This document shows, piece after piece, positions 1-9,461 of a stretch of 48,397 bases of DNA. The notes below the pieces were generated by a model that saw nothing but the letters and a program-made list of their open reading frames with translations, was not told where the DNA came from and did not search any database. Position 1 is the first letter of the stretch; each line of letters opens with the position of its first letter. Source of the DNA: an uncultured Candidatus Saccharibacteria bacterium (lineage in GTDB: Bacteria > Patescibacteriota > Minisyncoccia > Phycocordibacterales > UBA12088); the NCBI GenBank assembly GCA_964531785.1, contig CAZHFF010000005.1, positions 1 to 48,397 of the forward strand. The letters are read 5' to 3'. Both the position numbers and the translations under genes were made by a program.

Positions 1-77
1 CTTTGTTTCATAACACTTCTTGGGTATTTTACCCTTGAAGTGCTAGTCTAGAGCCATAGGTATTCAATATTTGAGCC

Positions 78-827
78 ATGAATACATTATCTTCTTTGAA
101 AGTGCTGTGGATATCGAGCGTTATAGTTGCTATTTCTCTATTTGGATACATGCTCTGGCACAACAGTGGAGTGACTGTACAAAATGAAATAACCGATCCA
201 CAGAATACGGACGCAGACCTGACGGTTGAACAAGCAAGTTCAGCTTTCGTTACATCTGTTCAGCAAGAGATCACTCCGGAAAAGGTTGTCTCTCCCCGAG
301 CAGCCCTTGCTCTGTTTGAACTTGCAACAAGCTCTATCGATACGCTGCGAGAATACCATCTGGAACGAAACTGGAGTGACCACGAAGAGTGTAATGCACT
401 ATATTCCCAGGCTATCTGCGCATACGTCATTGCCACTCGAGTGAGTAATGACCCTTCCCTACCTGACAGTTTGCAGTTCGTTGGAGAGATGTATGGGAAG
501 GTTAATCCCTTTGGGTTCGGTGTGGGCTGGGGCTGGGGTACATATGCCCAAGGTAACAGCTTCACAATGGTTGAGGATATCTGCAGTCGTGCATTGGAGA
601 CTGATCTTGAACCCGCGTTAGTCTGCTCAAGCAGAACTACCAAACAGGGTGTACCGTATACGCTCTACAACAGTACTAACGAAGGTTACCTATATCGTGA
701 AGGGGCAGTCTATGGCTACATTTTTCGGCAAATCGACAAAGGCCGCTTATACTATGGCTTCAGATGGGAGAATGGCGATGTCGAAGCTGCAAAACGGTTT
801 ATGGAGGCACTGGAGTTCGTGCAGTAA
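78..827 (+). CDS. hypothetical membrane-anchored or secreted protein, no recognisable family
   Basis: 249-aa ORF with an N-terminal hydrophobic helix (LKVLWISSVIVAISLFGYMLW). It lies in a visibly AT-richer block than the rest of the window. Confidence 0.55.
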   Translation: MNTLSSLKVLWISSVIVAISLFGYMLWHNSGVTVQNEITDPQNTDADLTVEQASSAFVTSVQQEITPEKVVSPRAALALFELATSSIDTLREYHLERNWSDHEECNALYSQAICAYVIATRVSNDPSLPDSLQFVGEMYGKVNPFGFGVGWGWGTYAQGNSFTMVEDICSRALETDLEPALVCSSRTTKQGVPYTLYNSTNEGYLYREGAVYGYIFRQIDKGRLYYGFRWENGDVEAAKRFMEALEFVQ

Positions 828-935
828 CAAGAGATCTTGGTTCGAGAACCACAGGGCTCTACCCCATGACTATTGATCTGGTACCCTTGATGCTTGAAAG
901 GCTTGGCTGACGTTAGGGTGAGCGTCTGCGCTCAC

Positions 936-1275
936 TTAATCAGTGAGCCGCACCGTCTTCCCCGCCCCGCTTGTCCAAGGCATCGCGAGAATGTCGTCAG
1001 CAACGAGAAGCGAAGGGAGGTCGGTAAAGAGGAAGATGCCCGAGCCCCTGCCCTCGGTCACCTTGCGGTTCGCTTCATTGAGGAGCTCGACGCGACGGTT
1101 CATCCGCTCCACGAGCAGTCGATCGACCTCCCCTTTCCGTCGGATCTCCTTCTGCGTTTGCGGTGCCATCAAGGTTGGCGTCGTGGTGACGGCGAGGACG
1201 CGGAAGTTCTTGAAGCCAAAGCGCTCTGTGTGGAGTTTTTGCTGCCACGTCGCATAGCAGACTGCGGAAATGGAA
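936..1275 (-). pseudogene. C-terminal fragment of a replication-relaxation family (plasmid/mobile-element) protein
   Basis: The tail of ORF 936..1436 reads YATWQQKLHTERFGFKNFRVLAVTTTP...GIFLFTDLPSLL...AMPWTSG, resembling the C-terminal half of replication-relaxation proteins. The upstream 60 codons of that ORF are an out-of-frame shadow of the DUF3467 gene. No credible start codon or N-terminal half is present. Confidence 0.45.
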
Positions 1276-1278
1276 AAC

Positions 1279-1536
1279 CTACTGGGGCAAGTGACGGGTG
1301 AAGTGCTTTTTGATGGTTTCGTCAAGCGCCTTTTGGAACTTGATCGCGTGTTGGGGCGTGAGCGCAACTTCGGCGACCATGACCCCCTGCTCCGTGTTCG
1401 GACGCACGTACGCGAACTGAATGGTGACCGCATCATCTGAAACCTGGATCTGCGCGGTGTTTGAAAATGCCGGACGAATGTCCTGTGGTACGTGTATCTG
1501 CACCTGTTGCGGCTGCTGTAGGTGGTCGTTGTTCAT
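1279..1536 (-). CDS. DUF3467 domain protein
   Basis: 85 aa. The pattern QIHVPQD..FSNTAQIQVSDDAVTIQFAYVRP..GVMVAEVALTPQHAIKFQKALDETIKKH matches the DUF3467 layout. Confidence 0.7.
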   Translation of the reverse strand: MNNDHLQQPQQVQIHVPQDIRPAFSNTAQIQVSDDAVTIQFAYVRPNTEQGVMVAEVALTPQHAIKFQKALDETIKKHFTRHLPQ

Positions 1537-1547
1537 GGTATGAGTAA

Positions 1548-2903
1548 TTACAGGTAATTAAGCGGGTTCAGGTATGCTTCGAAGCCGGCAACCGGGATCG
1601 CAGCGGGCGAGCACCCGGTGATGGGCCTTCCGGGAATGTCACCAAGACGCTGCACCTTAACGCCCTGGGTCGCGTACACGGTGAAGTGCAGGTGGGGGCC
1701 GGTCGAGTATCCGGTGTTCCCTGAGTGACCGATGAGTTGTCCCGTGCTGACCGCCTGTCCCGGTGACACAGCTATCGACGAGAGGTGCGCGTAGAGCGTC
1801 GATAGGCCATTCGCATGTTTGATCAGGACCCACTTGCCATAGCTGTAGCAGCCGGATACCGCGTCGGTATCACCGGTTCCGCTCACCGTGCCGGTAAGCG
1901 CTGCGAGGACCTTGGTCCCGACCGGTGCACGGAAGTCGATACCATTGTGTCCATTGCCATTGTATGCACCGCTCTGCGCGAATGCCGTATTGCCGAAGTA
2001 CTGGGTGATGCAGTTCGGATTCCCAAGAGCGCCCGAGAAACCAGGACACCCCAGCATATATCCCGCTTCGAACGGCCATGCGAGCACCCCGCTCCCAACC
2101 GCAGGGATGGTCGACTTGTCCAGAATGAACGAGAGCTGCGCCTCATAGGAGCGCATCTCTTTCTCGAACTGCTGCCGCGCGGCCTTTTTCTCGGCCAGGA
2201 GCTTCTGGTAGTTCGCCTCTTTATTCGCCGTCTGGCTGAGGAGGCTGTCCTTTTGCTTTTTGGTTTGCTCGACCGCCTGCTGTTCACCCGACAGCGTTTG
2301 GTGGAGCTGGCTCAGTTCACCGCGCTTCGATACGGATCGCCCCAGTGCACGCTCGTATTCGGTCTTGAGCGCGAGGAGTGCGCGGATGTCGGCGCGAAGG
2401 CTCTCTTGGAGCAGGGTGTGTGATTCTATGGTATCCCACACATCGGCGAGTGAATTGTGTGAAAGCAGCATCTCGACCAGGCTGTCGTTCTCGATCAGGT
2501 CGATCGTGCGGAACGACTGGCCAACCACGGCGGTGTTTCGGTCGATCTCGAGCTGCTTGATCTTGATCTCACGGTCAAGTTCGGAGATCTCGAGATCGGT
2601 CGAGTTGATCTTCTGTTCGGTCGCGCGCACCTCGGACTGCACCTTGCTGCGCGCCAACTCGAGCTCCCGTATCGCTTTGTTGAGCGTCTGCTTTTCCGCG
2701 CCTACCTCATTGAGCTGTTTTTCAAACTGTCGTATCTCGGCCTCGATCGCCTGGAGCTGTTTTTCGCTCGCCTGTATCTTGGCACGCAGGTCATCCACGG
2801 ACTCCTGGGCCGTGGTTTGGCCGCTGATTAAGGTCATTCCCGCTGCGAACATGCTCGCGGACACCAAGAGGGCAAGTAGGCTCACGCGCTTCATCCCTGC
2901 CAT
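1548..2903 (-). CDS. M23 family metallopeptidase with N-terminal signal/TM and long coiled coil (EnvC-like murein hydrolase or activator)
   Basis: Coiled-coil repeats in the N-terminal half. C-terminal M23 motifs HNGIDFRAPVGT, YAHLS and GNTGYSTGPHLHF. The start ATG overlaps the gltX stop (TAATG). Confidence 0.9.
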   Translation of the reverse strand: MAGMKRVSLLALLVSASMFAAGMTLISGQTTAQESVDDLRAKIQASEKQLQAIEAEIRQFEKQLNEVGAEKQTLNKAIRELELARSKVQSEVRATEQKINSTDLEISELDREIKIKQLEIDRNTAVVGQSFRTIDLIENDSLVEMLLSHNSLADVWDTIESHTLLQESLRADIRALLALKTEYERALGRSVSKRGELSQLHQTLSGEQQAVEQTKKQKDSLLSQTANKEANYQKLLAEKKAARQQFEKEMRSYEAQLSFILDKSTIPAVGSGVLAWPFEAGYMLGCPGFSGALGNPNCITQYFGNTAFAQSGAYNGNGHNGIDFRAPVGTKVLAALTGTVSGTGDTDAVSGCYSYGKWVLIKHANGLSTLYAHLSSIAVSPGQAVSTGQLIGHSGNTGYSTGPHLHFTVYATQGVKVQRLGDIPGRPITGCSPAAIPVAGFEAYLNPLNYL

Positions 2904-4249
2904 TATACCGCAAGAGCGGCGAGCGCAACATCGATGCGGGCGAGCGCTTCATCTTTGCCCAGTGCCTCAAGCAATAGGAACGGTGCTGGGCTGCGTTCCT
3001 TTCCGGAGAGCGCGACGCGGAGCGGCCAGAGCACGTGGCCTTTCCCTTCCTGCTCGACCAGTGCTGTGAGGTGTTCCTCCAGGCCCGCCTCCGTCCAGTG
3101 CCCCTGCTCAATATCGGCGAGTAGGCTGCGGACGAGTCTGAGCCGTCGTGCGGTCTCTTCCCTGCTCGGATCCTTTTTCCACGGAAGCAGGGCCGGATCT
3201 GGATCAGGTCGTTCTTCATAGAAACGGAACTCGCCCAGCTCGACGGCACGAACAAGCTCGCCGTACGTGGCGAATCGTTCGAGCGCATCGTTGAGGGCCT
3301 GCGGTGCGTTGCGGAACGTCCCGACCAGGCGCTGGTGCCGCTCGAGGCGACGGCAGACCTCGTCTCGAACCTGTTCACGGGGCAACCGCCTGCGGTGTTC
3401 TCGATTCATCCACTTAAGCTTCTCAAGGTCGAACACCGCGCCTCCTTTCTGTACCTGAGCGAGGTCGAACGCGGTCACAAGCTCTGCGAGCGTGAAGATC
3501 TCCTGTGCGGTGCCAGGATTCCAGCCCAAGAGCGCCAAAAAGTTGATGAGCGCTTCGGGTAGGTACCCTTCTTCAAGGTATTCACGGACCGAGACCGCTC
3601 CCTTACGTTTGGAGAGCTTGCTGCGGTCTGCGGCTAAGAGGAGCGGCAAGTGTGCGTATTGTGGGCGCGTAACGCCGAGCGCTTCCTGGATCAGTATCTG
3701 CCGGGGCGTATTGGAAATGTGGTCTTCACCCCGTATGACGTGGGTGATATGCATGTCTGCATCATCGACGACGACCGCAAAATGGTACAGCGGGTCCGTG
3801 ATGCTTCTGGCGATCACAAAGTCGCCGAGCTCGGCCGTGTCGAAGGTAACATCGCCGCGGACCAAGTCGGTGAACGTGACACGCGTTCCCGGGTTGCGGA
3901 GCCTGACCACCTCTACGGTGCGATCAGGGTCGTCCTTCGCGGGCTCCTCACTGACATAGGCGACGTCTCGAGCAACGAGCTCTTTGAGCCTTTCGGTGTG
4001 TACCTCGACGCGCTTCGACTGGGTGACCAGGCCGTCGTAGGTGAGGCCCAAGCGCTCGAACCCCTGGAGGATATCTTGCTCGTACTCCTTGGTGCTCCGT
4101 GCACGGTCCGTATCTTCGATGCGGACAAGGAAAGAACCGCCGTGCTTACGTGCGAACAGGTAGTTATACAAGGCAGCGCGCGCGGTGCCCACGTGCAAAA
4201 GCCCGGTCGGGCTGGGGGCGATACGCGTGAGAACCTTTCCGTTGTCCAT
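2903..4249 (-). CDS. gltX: glutamate--tRNA ligase
   Basis: RIAPSPTGLLHVGTARAALYNYLFAR (HIGH-type motif), VRIEDTD and KLSKRKG (KMSKS). AGGAGG lies upstream. Confidence 0.95.
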   Translation of the reverse strand: MDNGKVLTRIAPSPTGLLHVGTARAALYNYLFARKHGGSFLVRIEDTDRARSTKEYEQDILQGFERLGLTYDGLVTQSKRVEVHTERLKELVARDVAYVSEEPAKDDPDRTVEVVRLRNPGTRVTFTDLVRGDVTFDTAELGDFVIARSITDPLYHFAVVVDDADMHITHVIRGEDHISNTPRQILIQEALGVTRPQYAHLPLLLAADRSKLSKRKGAVSVREYLEEGYLPEALINFLALLGWNPGTAQEIFTLAELVTAFDLAQVQKGGAVFDLEKLKWMNREHRRRLPREQVRDEVCRRLERHQRLVGTFRNAPQALNDALERFATYGELVRAVELGEFRFYEERPDPDPALLPWKKDPSREETARRLRLVRSLLADIEQGHWTEAGLEEHLTALVEQEGKGHVLWPLRVALSGKERSPAPFLLLEALGKDEALARIDVALAALAV

Positions 4250-4299
4250 GATCCTCCTACCCTACCTCCTCCGGTCCAATTAGCCAAGTGCTAAGCCTG

Positions 4300-5433
4300 T
4301 TACAGCTCGTGTTCGAGCGACATACGGATCAGCTCCTCGGCAAGTATCCTCGCGGCGTCCGGTCGCTTGAATGCTCGGGCCCCATCCTCCATTCGTGCAA
4401 GTAGTTCCGTATCGGCGAGCACGCGCGTGATCTCGGAAAGGAGCACATGTGGTGTCAGGTTGTTCTGTTCGATCACGACCGCGGCACCGGTTCGCGCGTA
4501 GGCGAATGCGTTGTGGCGTTGGTCACGTGACACCGACTCGGGTATCGGTATGAGGATACACGCACGTTCCCAGTTGGCGATCTCATAGATCGACCCGGAA
4601 CCTGCGCGGGAAACGATGAGGTTCGCTATGCCTCCCGCCATGCGAAGCGCGAGGCTATTGAGGGTCGGGAACGGCTTGTATCGCTGCTTGAACGCATGTG
4701 TCTCTATCGCCACATCGGTCAGCGTCTTGAACGCTTCGAAATTGTTGGGTCCGACCTGGTGGATCACCTGGTACTCGTTCAGGAGCTCCGGCAGTGCCTG
4801 GAGCACACAATCATTGATCGCTTGTGCACCCTGAGAACCGCCAAGGATGAGTAGGGTCGGGATGTTGGTATCGAGCTGCAGGTACTCGTGTGCGCCATGG
4901 ATAGCCAATTCGCGCACCTCCTTGCGTATCGGGTTGCCGGTGTACGCAACGCGTTCCTTGTGCAGGAAGTGGTCGGCAGCTTCAGGGTAACTGATCGCGA
5001 TCCGCTCGGCGAACTTGCCCGCCCAGAGGTTCGCGCGTCCCGGTATCGCATCCGATTCGTGGATAAAGACCGGTATCCGGAGGAGCCGTGCCGCCGCTAC
5101 GACGGGCACTGAAACATAGCTCCCCTTTGAGAAGACCACATCGGGATAGATCTTGAACAAGATGCGAAGCGCGGTCGGCAGCCCGGTCAGGGTCTTGAAA
5201 AAATCGAAACCGTTCTGGATCGACACGTAGCGACGCATCTTCCCTGCCGAGACGTGGTGGAACACGATGTCGTTCTCATAAAGGAGCTCCTCGTCGTACG
5301 GATCGTTCGCAAGGTAGTGGAGCTCGGGCTTTACCAGGTTTCGCGCCTCGCTTATCTGGTTGAGTTCTTGCGCGACCGCTATGAGCGGATAAAAGTGACC
5401 ACCTGATCCGCCGCCTGTGAGTACGATCTTCAT
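4300..5433 (-). CDS. murG: UDP-GlcNAc:lipid I N-acetylglucosaminyltransferase MurG
   Basis: MKIVLTGGGSGGHFYPLIAV N-terminal G-loop and ILGGSQGA, with GT28 length and architecture. Confidence 0.93.
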   Translation of the reverse strand: MKIVLTGGGSGGHFYPLIAVAQELNQISEARNLVKPELHYLANDPYDEELLYENDIVFHHVSAGKMRRYVSIQNGFDFFKTLTGLPTALRILFKIYPDVVFSKGSYVSVPVVAAARLLRIPVFIHESDAIPGRANLWAGKFAERIAISYPEAADHFLHKERVAYTGNPIRKEVRELAIHGAHEYLQLDTNIPTLLILGGSQGAQAINDCVLQALPELLNEYQVIHQVGPNNFEAFKTLTDVAIETHAFKQRYKPFPTLNSLALRMAGGIANLIVSRAGSGSIYEIANWERACILIPIPESVSRDQRHNAFAYARTGAAVVIEQNNLTPHVLLSEITRVLADTELLARMEDGARAFKRPDAARILAEELIRMSLEHEL

Positions 5434-6548
5434 GCTTGTTTTGTTTTCTGGGTCGCCACGCGGTAGCGGGAAACGTTCAATATGATACCGACGGACGCAA
5501 GTGCGAACATGAGCGACGTGCCCCCCTGGCTGATGAACACGAGCGGCTCACCGGTCAAGGGCACGACGCCGAGCATCGCACCGATGTTCACGAACGACTG
5601 CGTCACGATAAGTATAACAAGCCCGACCACGAGCAGTCCACCAAACCGGTCAGGAGCACGTGAAGCGATCTGCAGACCTCGGAGCGCGAAGAACACGAAG
5701 AGGCCGATGAGGGCCACGGCGCCAGCAAACCCGAACTCTTCTGCGGCGACGCTGAATATGGAATCGCCTACCGGCTCAGGGAGGTAGTTGAACTTCTGCA
5801 CGCTCTGCCCGTATCCGCGACCGAAAACACCCCCCGAGCCGATCGCGATAAGGCTCTGTTTGATCTGGTACCCACTTCCGCGCGGGTCGCTTGCGGGGTC
5901 GATGAACGTCGTGATGCGCTCCATGAGGTAGGGCTTCGAGAGCGCGAGGAGCGAAATGACCCCAAGCGTGCAGACAGCCATGAGCAGGAGGTGGGAAATG
6001 CGCGCTCCTCCGGCGAGGTACATGGCGACTCCGGCTGCGGAGAGTAGGAAGAAGGTACCGGTGTCCGGCTGGAGGAAGAGCAGCAACCCGGACAGCGCGA
6101 GCAGTGCCGCAAGACCACCGAGGCCGTAGCGGATATCGTTCTGTCGGTCATGGAAGGTCGAGTAGAACCAGGCCAGGCAGATAATGAAGGCGATCTTCAA
6201 AAACTCTGCCGGTTGGAATGAGAGGCCAAAGATATCGAGCCAGCGACGAGCGCCGCCGGCTTCATACGAGAGTGCAGGTATGAACGTGCATGCGGTAAGC
6301 AGTAGGGATGCACCGAAAAGGTAGAGCGCATACGGGCGATACGTACGGTACGGGAGTCGGGAAAGGAGACCGCCGACAATGACGCCCAGACCGACACCGA
6401 GCACGAGTTGACTCATTGCGACCGATGAGAAACTTGCGCCGTCGCGGGCGAGGAGCCCAAGGCTGGCCGAGGAGAAAATGAAAAAGCCGACCACCACCAG
6501 AATGGCGGTCACGAGGAGGAACGGTCGGTCGATGTTCTGCGGCTTCAT
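5430..6548 (-). CDS. ftsW: FtsW/RodA/SpoVE family peptidoglycan glycosyltransferase (lipid II flippase family)
   Basis: Polytopic membrane protein starting MKPQNIDRPFLLVTAILVV. The ATG at 6546-6548 overlaps the mraY TGA (ATGA). The 116 upstream codons of the track ORF are Arg/His/Cys-rich and overlap mraY. The stop overlaps the murG start. Confidence 0.9.
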   Translation of the reverse strand: MKPQNIDRPFLLVTAILVVVGFFIFSSASLGLLARDGASFSSVAMSQLVLGVGLGVIVGGLLSRLPYRTYRPYALYLFGASLLLTACTFIPALSYEAGGARRWLDIFGLSFQPAEFLKIAFIICLAWFYSTFHDRQNDIRYGLGGLAALLALSGLLLFLQPDTGTFFLLSAAGVAMYLAGGARISHLLLMAVCTLGVISLLALSKPYLMERITTFIDPASDPRGSGYQIKQSLIAIGSGGVFGRGYGQSVQKFNYLPEPVGDSIFSVAAEEFGFAGAVALIGLFVFFALRGLQIASRAPDRFGGLLVVGLVILIVTQSFVNIGAMLGVVPLTGEPLVFISQGGTSLMFALASVGIILNVSRYRVATQKTKQA

Positions 6549-7627
6549 AGCGCAACAGAACCGCTGAGGGCGACGATCACACCGATGAACGCGAAGATGA
6601 TGCTGAGGACCCAGTACCGCATGGTGACCTTGTATGGTGGCCAGCCAAGCGCCTCGAAATGGTGATGCACGGGTGCTATGAGGAACACCTTCTTTCCCCG
6701 GAACTTCTTGCTTGCAACTTGGATCAAGTCGGACACGACAGTTGCTACAAGGGGGAATGCAATGATGGGCAGTACGAGCACTCCCTGGCCGTCGCCGAGT
6801 GCGTCGGTCATGAATGCGACAACGGTGAGGGCGAGCGTGAGTCCCATGACACCTGTTTCCGACATATAAAAGCGTGCGGGCGGTATATTGAACCACAGGA
6901 ACGCGAGCAAACCGCCGACGATCGTGCCGCAGAGGGCCGCAAGGTCTATCTGGTTCTGGTAGAACGCTATGGCTCCATATGCAGCGAATATAGTCGCAAA
7001 GACACCGCCCGCGAGCCCGTCTATGCCATCGATCACACCGCCTGCGTACACCGCGAGCGCGACGATGATGAAGAACGGTATGAACAGGAATCCAAGCTCC
7101 CAGCGGCCATCGAACGGTATGGAGATCACTGAGATGTCGAGCTTGTCATAGAACCACCACGCAATGAATGCAGCAACGAACCCGACCACCAAGAGCCTCG
7201 TTCTGAGCGGCATACCCCCGGCAAAATGTTTGCCGTTCCCGCGTATCTCGAGCAGGTCATCGAAGAACCCGACCACCGAGCCGACCAGGAGCGCAAAGAC
7301 CGGAAGCCACGTTTGGCTGCGTGAGAAGAACTCCAGTTTTTCGAGTGTCGTACCACCAATGATCCGGTCGAGAAGCCAGATGCCTGCGATCGTAACACAG
7401 ACACTTCCCCAGATAACGATGCCGCCCATGCGGGGCGTGCCGACCTCTTTGTTCTTGTGGAGCTCGTTGAAGAGCGGGGTTCCGCCGCCAGCGTACCCCA
7501 TCTTCCCCGCCTTCTTCTTCCATGCCTTCAGGCTGTAGAGGTAATGGGTGATGACCGGTGTCAGTGCGATGCCGACAAAGAATGCTATTGCGGCAGGGCT
7601 GATCGCTTTGACCACGTCGATGACCAT
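6545..7627 (-). CDS. mraY: phospho-N-acetylmuramoyl-pentapeptide transferase
   Basis: Ten-TM-type protein with DDLLEIRG, NGIDGLAGG and APVHHHFE motifs. Confidence 0.95.
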   Translation of the reverse strand: MVIDVVKAISPAAIAFFVGIALTPVITHYLYSLKAWKKKAGKMGYAGGGTPLFNELHKNKEVGTPRMGGIVIWGSVCVTIAGIWLLDRIIGGTTLEKLEFFSRSQTWLPVFALLVGSVVGFFDDLLEIRGNGKHFAGGMPLRTRLLVVGFVAAFIAWWFYDKLDISVISIPFDGRWELGFLFIPFFIIVALAVYAGGVIDGIDGLAGGVFATIFAAYGAIAFYQNQIDLAALCGTIVGGLLAFLWFNIPPARFYMSETGVMGLTLALTVVAFMTDALGDGQGVLVLPIIAFPLVATVVSDLIQVASKKFRGKKVFLIAPVHHHFEALGWPPYKVTMRYWVLSIIFAFIGVIVALSGSVAL

Positions 7628-7653
7628 AGAAAAAATGCGTAAAACGCAACGTC

Positions 7654-7662
7654 AGTATAGCA
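7654..7662 (-). promoter_or_regulatory. extended -10 promoter element TGCTATACT upstream of mraY
   Basis: The minus strand reads GGTGCTATACTGACG about 27 nt upstream of the mraY ATG. The same TGCTATA(G/C)T motif occurs upstream of atpB and of the giant gene. Confidence 0.4.
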
Positions 7663-7727
7663 CCTTGCGGAGCGGACGAAAGGTGCCCAAGGTGAGCAAC
7701 TTTGTCGGCGGAAAAATTGCTCGATCT

Positions 7728-8840
7728 CTACAATCGTGGCGTAGAACCAGCCTGTTCGTACGCAAACCAGTCACTCACCATGTACTCAGCTGTCGCCTGG
7801 ACAAGCTTGTCAACGTCAACGAACCGACCTTGTCTCGATGACCCCAGTACTACGATCACGATCGGGTGGTTGAGCCCGCTGTCATAGACAATGGCAAGGT
7901 TGCCGCCCGCGAGGTCGGTGAAGCCGGTCTTGCTCCCGAGAAGACCAGGAACCTTGCGCACATACTCGTTCGTGTTCTCTGCAGGGTGGGCACGGCCATC
8001 GATCGACCTGAACACGACACGGTCCTCGGTGGTGTGCTCGAGCACCTCAGGGTGGTGTTCCCAGATGTACGCAACAAGCTTTGCGCTATCGGCCGCGGTC
8101 CCGGTCGCCCCCTCCCGCGCCGGCCCCTCGTCGAGACCGGTGGCATTGCGGTAAAAGGTGTTGGAAAGACCGATCGAGCGGGCGCGGATGTTCATCTGCT
8201 TCACGAAAGCGTCCACCTTTTCGTAGTCACGCGCGGGCGGTGTCGTGTCTTCGGTGATCATCCAACGAAGCCCTGCAACGGTCGCGAGCGCGTCCGCGCC
8301 ATCGTTGCTGCTCGTCATCATCATGAAAGAGAGTAGGTCCCGCCAGCTCCAGGTCTCGTTCGCATAGAGGCCCGAGTCTCCCTCGGCTTCGAGCGCGCTC
8401 GGTCGTATGACGATATGCTTCTCGTGCTCGAGCGCCTCGCTCGCCAGGAGTCCGGTCATGAGCTTGGTGAGCGAAGCGAGGGGTTTTGGAGCGTCCGCGT
8501 TCTTCGCGAAGAGCGGCGCGTCGAGTGCAAGGTCATACACCATAACCGCATCAGCCTCGAGCGTGAGCACAGTGTATGGGTTCGGCGTAGTCGGGACAGG
8601 AGGCTCGATGTGCGCCTCAGCGACAGCTGCGGGCAGCTCGATCGCGGTCGGGGTCGAAGTGCTCCACATGGTCGTGCCGATCACGACGACCAGCCCGGTG
8701 ACCCCGAGCGCGCCGACCATTGCAAGTAAACGGTCTCGGAACACGTGCTGCTCAGCGAACGGTTGTGGCAGGTACTCAGAGGGCGGTAGCGGCCCCATAC
8801 CCTCTCCCCCGTCCAGGCTGTTACGGTCGCTTTCGTTCAT
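7728..8840 (-). CDS. serine-type D-Ala-D-Ala carboxypeptidase (peptidase S11, low-MW PBP)
   Basis: SLTKLMT (SxxK), SSND (SxN) and KTGFT (KTG) motifs with an N-terminal TM. Its start overlaps the scpB stop by 4 nt. Confidence 0.88.
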   Translation of the reverse strand: MNESDRNSLDGGEGMGPLPPSEYLPQPFAEQHVFRDRLLAMVGALGVTGLVVVIGTTMWSTSTPTAIELPAAVAEAHIEPPVPTTPNPYTVLTLEADAVMVYDLALDAPLFAKNADAPKPLASLTKLMTGLLASEALEHEKHIVIRPSALEAEGDSGLYANETWSWRDLLSFMMMTSSNDGADALATVAGLRWMITEDTTPPARDYEKVDAFVKQMNIRARSIGLSNTFYRNATGLDEGPAREGATGTAADSAKLVAYIWEHHPEVLEHTTEDRVVFRSIDGRAHPAENTNEYVRKVPGLLGSKTGFTDLAGGNLAIVYDSGLNHPIVIVVLGSSRQGRFVDVDKLVQATAEYMVSDWFAYEQAGSTPRL

Positions 8841-9415
8841 GATGCATGGAGTTCGGCGTCACGCTCTCGTTTCGGTTCTGCTGGATCGTTCCGCTCTTCG
8901 AACGCCGCAAGGCTTGCACGAATTGATCCGCGGTCCGGCAGCTCGTCGACGCTCGTCACGCCAAGATGTTTGAGCAGATCAGGTGTGGCGCGCAGGAGTG
9001 ACTGGCGCGCGTTCGCCGGGTTAATGACACGCTCGATCAGGCCGCGCACTTCGAGGTTTCGTATGATGAACGTTGAGTTGACACCTCGAATGTGGTCTAC
9101 CTGGGTACGGGAGAGCGGCCCGCTGTAGAGGATGATCGCAAGGGTCTCAGCTCCAGCTTTTCCGAGGTCTTTGGTGAGTTCGTTCTTGCGTAAGCGAAGT
9201 ATGACCTCGCTTGCCTCTGGGGCGGTGACAAGCTCGAGCTCGTCGTCAACGGCGAGCAGTCGTATACCCCGCTCGGCGAGTGATGCCGAAAGGAGCCGCG
9301 CAGTGGTATCGAGCTCCTCTAGGCTCACCTCAAGCAATGCGGCCAAGGTCGAGCGACGCTCCGGCTCGCCCTTGTAGAAGAGTAGCGATTCGAGCTTCTG
9401 TTCGAGGGCTAGCAT
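8837..9415 (-). CDS. scpB: segregation and condensation protein B
   Basis: LESLLFYKGEP, LAIILYSGPLSRTQVDHIRGVNS and IRNLEVRGLIERV. The ATG at 9415 is preferred over the TTG at 9451 used by the ORF track. Confidence 0.88.
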   Translation of the reverse strand: MLALEQKLESLLFYKGEPERRSTLAALLEVSLEELDTTARLLSASLAERGIRLLAVDDELELVTAPEASEVILRLRKNELTKDLGKAGAETLAIILYSGPLSRTQVDHIRGVNSTFIIRNLEVRGLIERVINPANARQSLLRATPDLLKHLGVTSVDELPDRGSIRASLAAFEERNDPAEPKRERDAELHAS

Positions 9416-9461
9416 GCTGAGTATTGTAGCAAAGTTGAAGAAACCTACCAAGCGCGTCCTG

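Noticed and set aside
1257-1436. First 60 codons of the 166-aa ORF 936..1436
   Set aside because: Arg/Ser-rich shadow frame overlapping the DUF3467 gene. Only the downstream part shows protein-like sequence, hence the pseudogene call.
5430-6896. 488-aa version of the ftsW ORF
   Set aside because: The first 116 codons are Arg/His/Cys-rich nonsense that fully overlaps the mraY 3' end. An ATG at 6548 forms a classic ATGA overlap with the mraY stop and begins a normal FtsW N-terminus.
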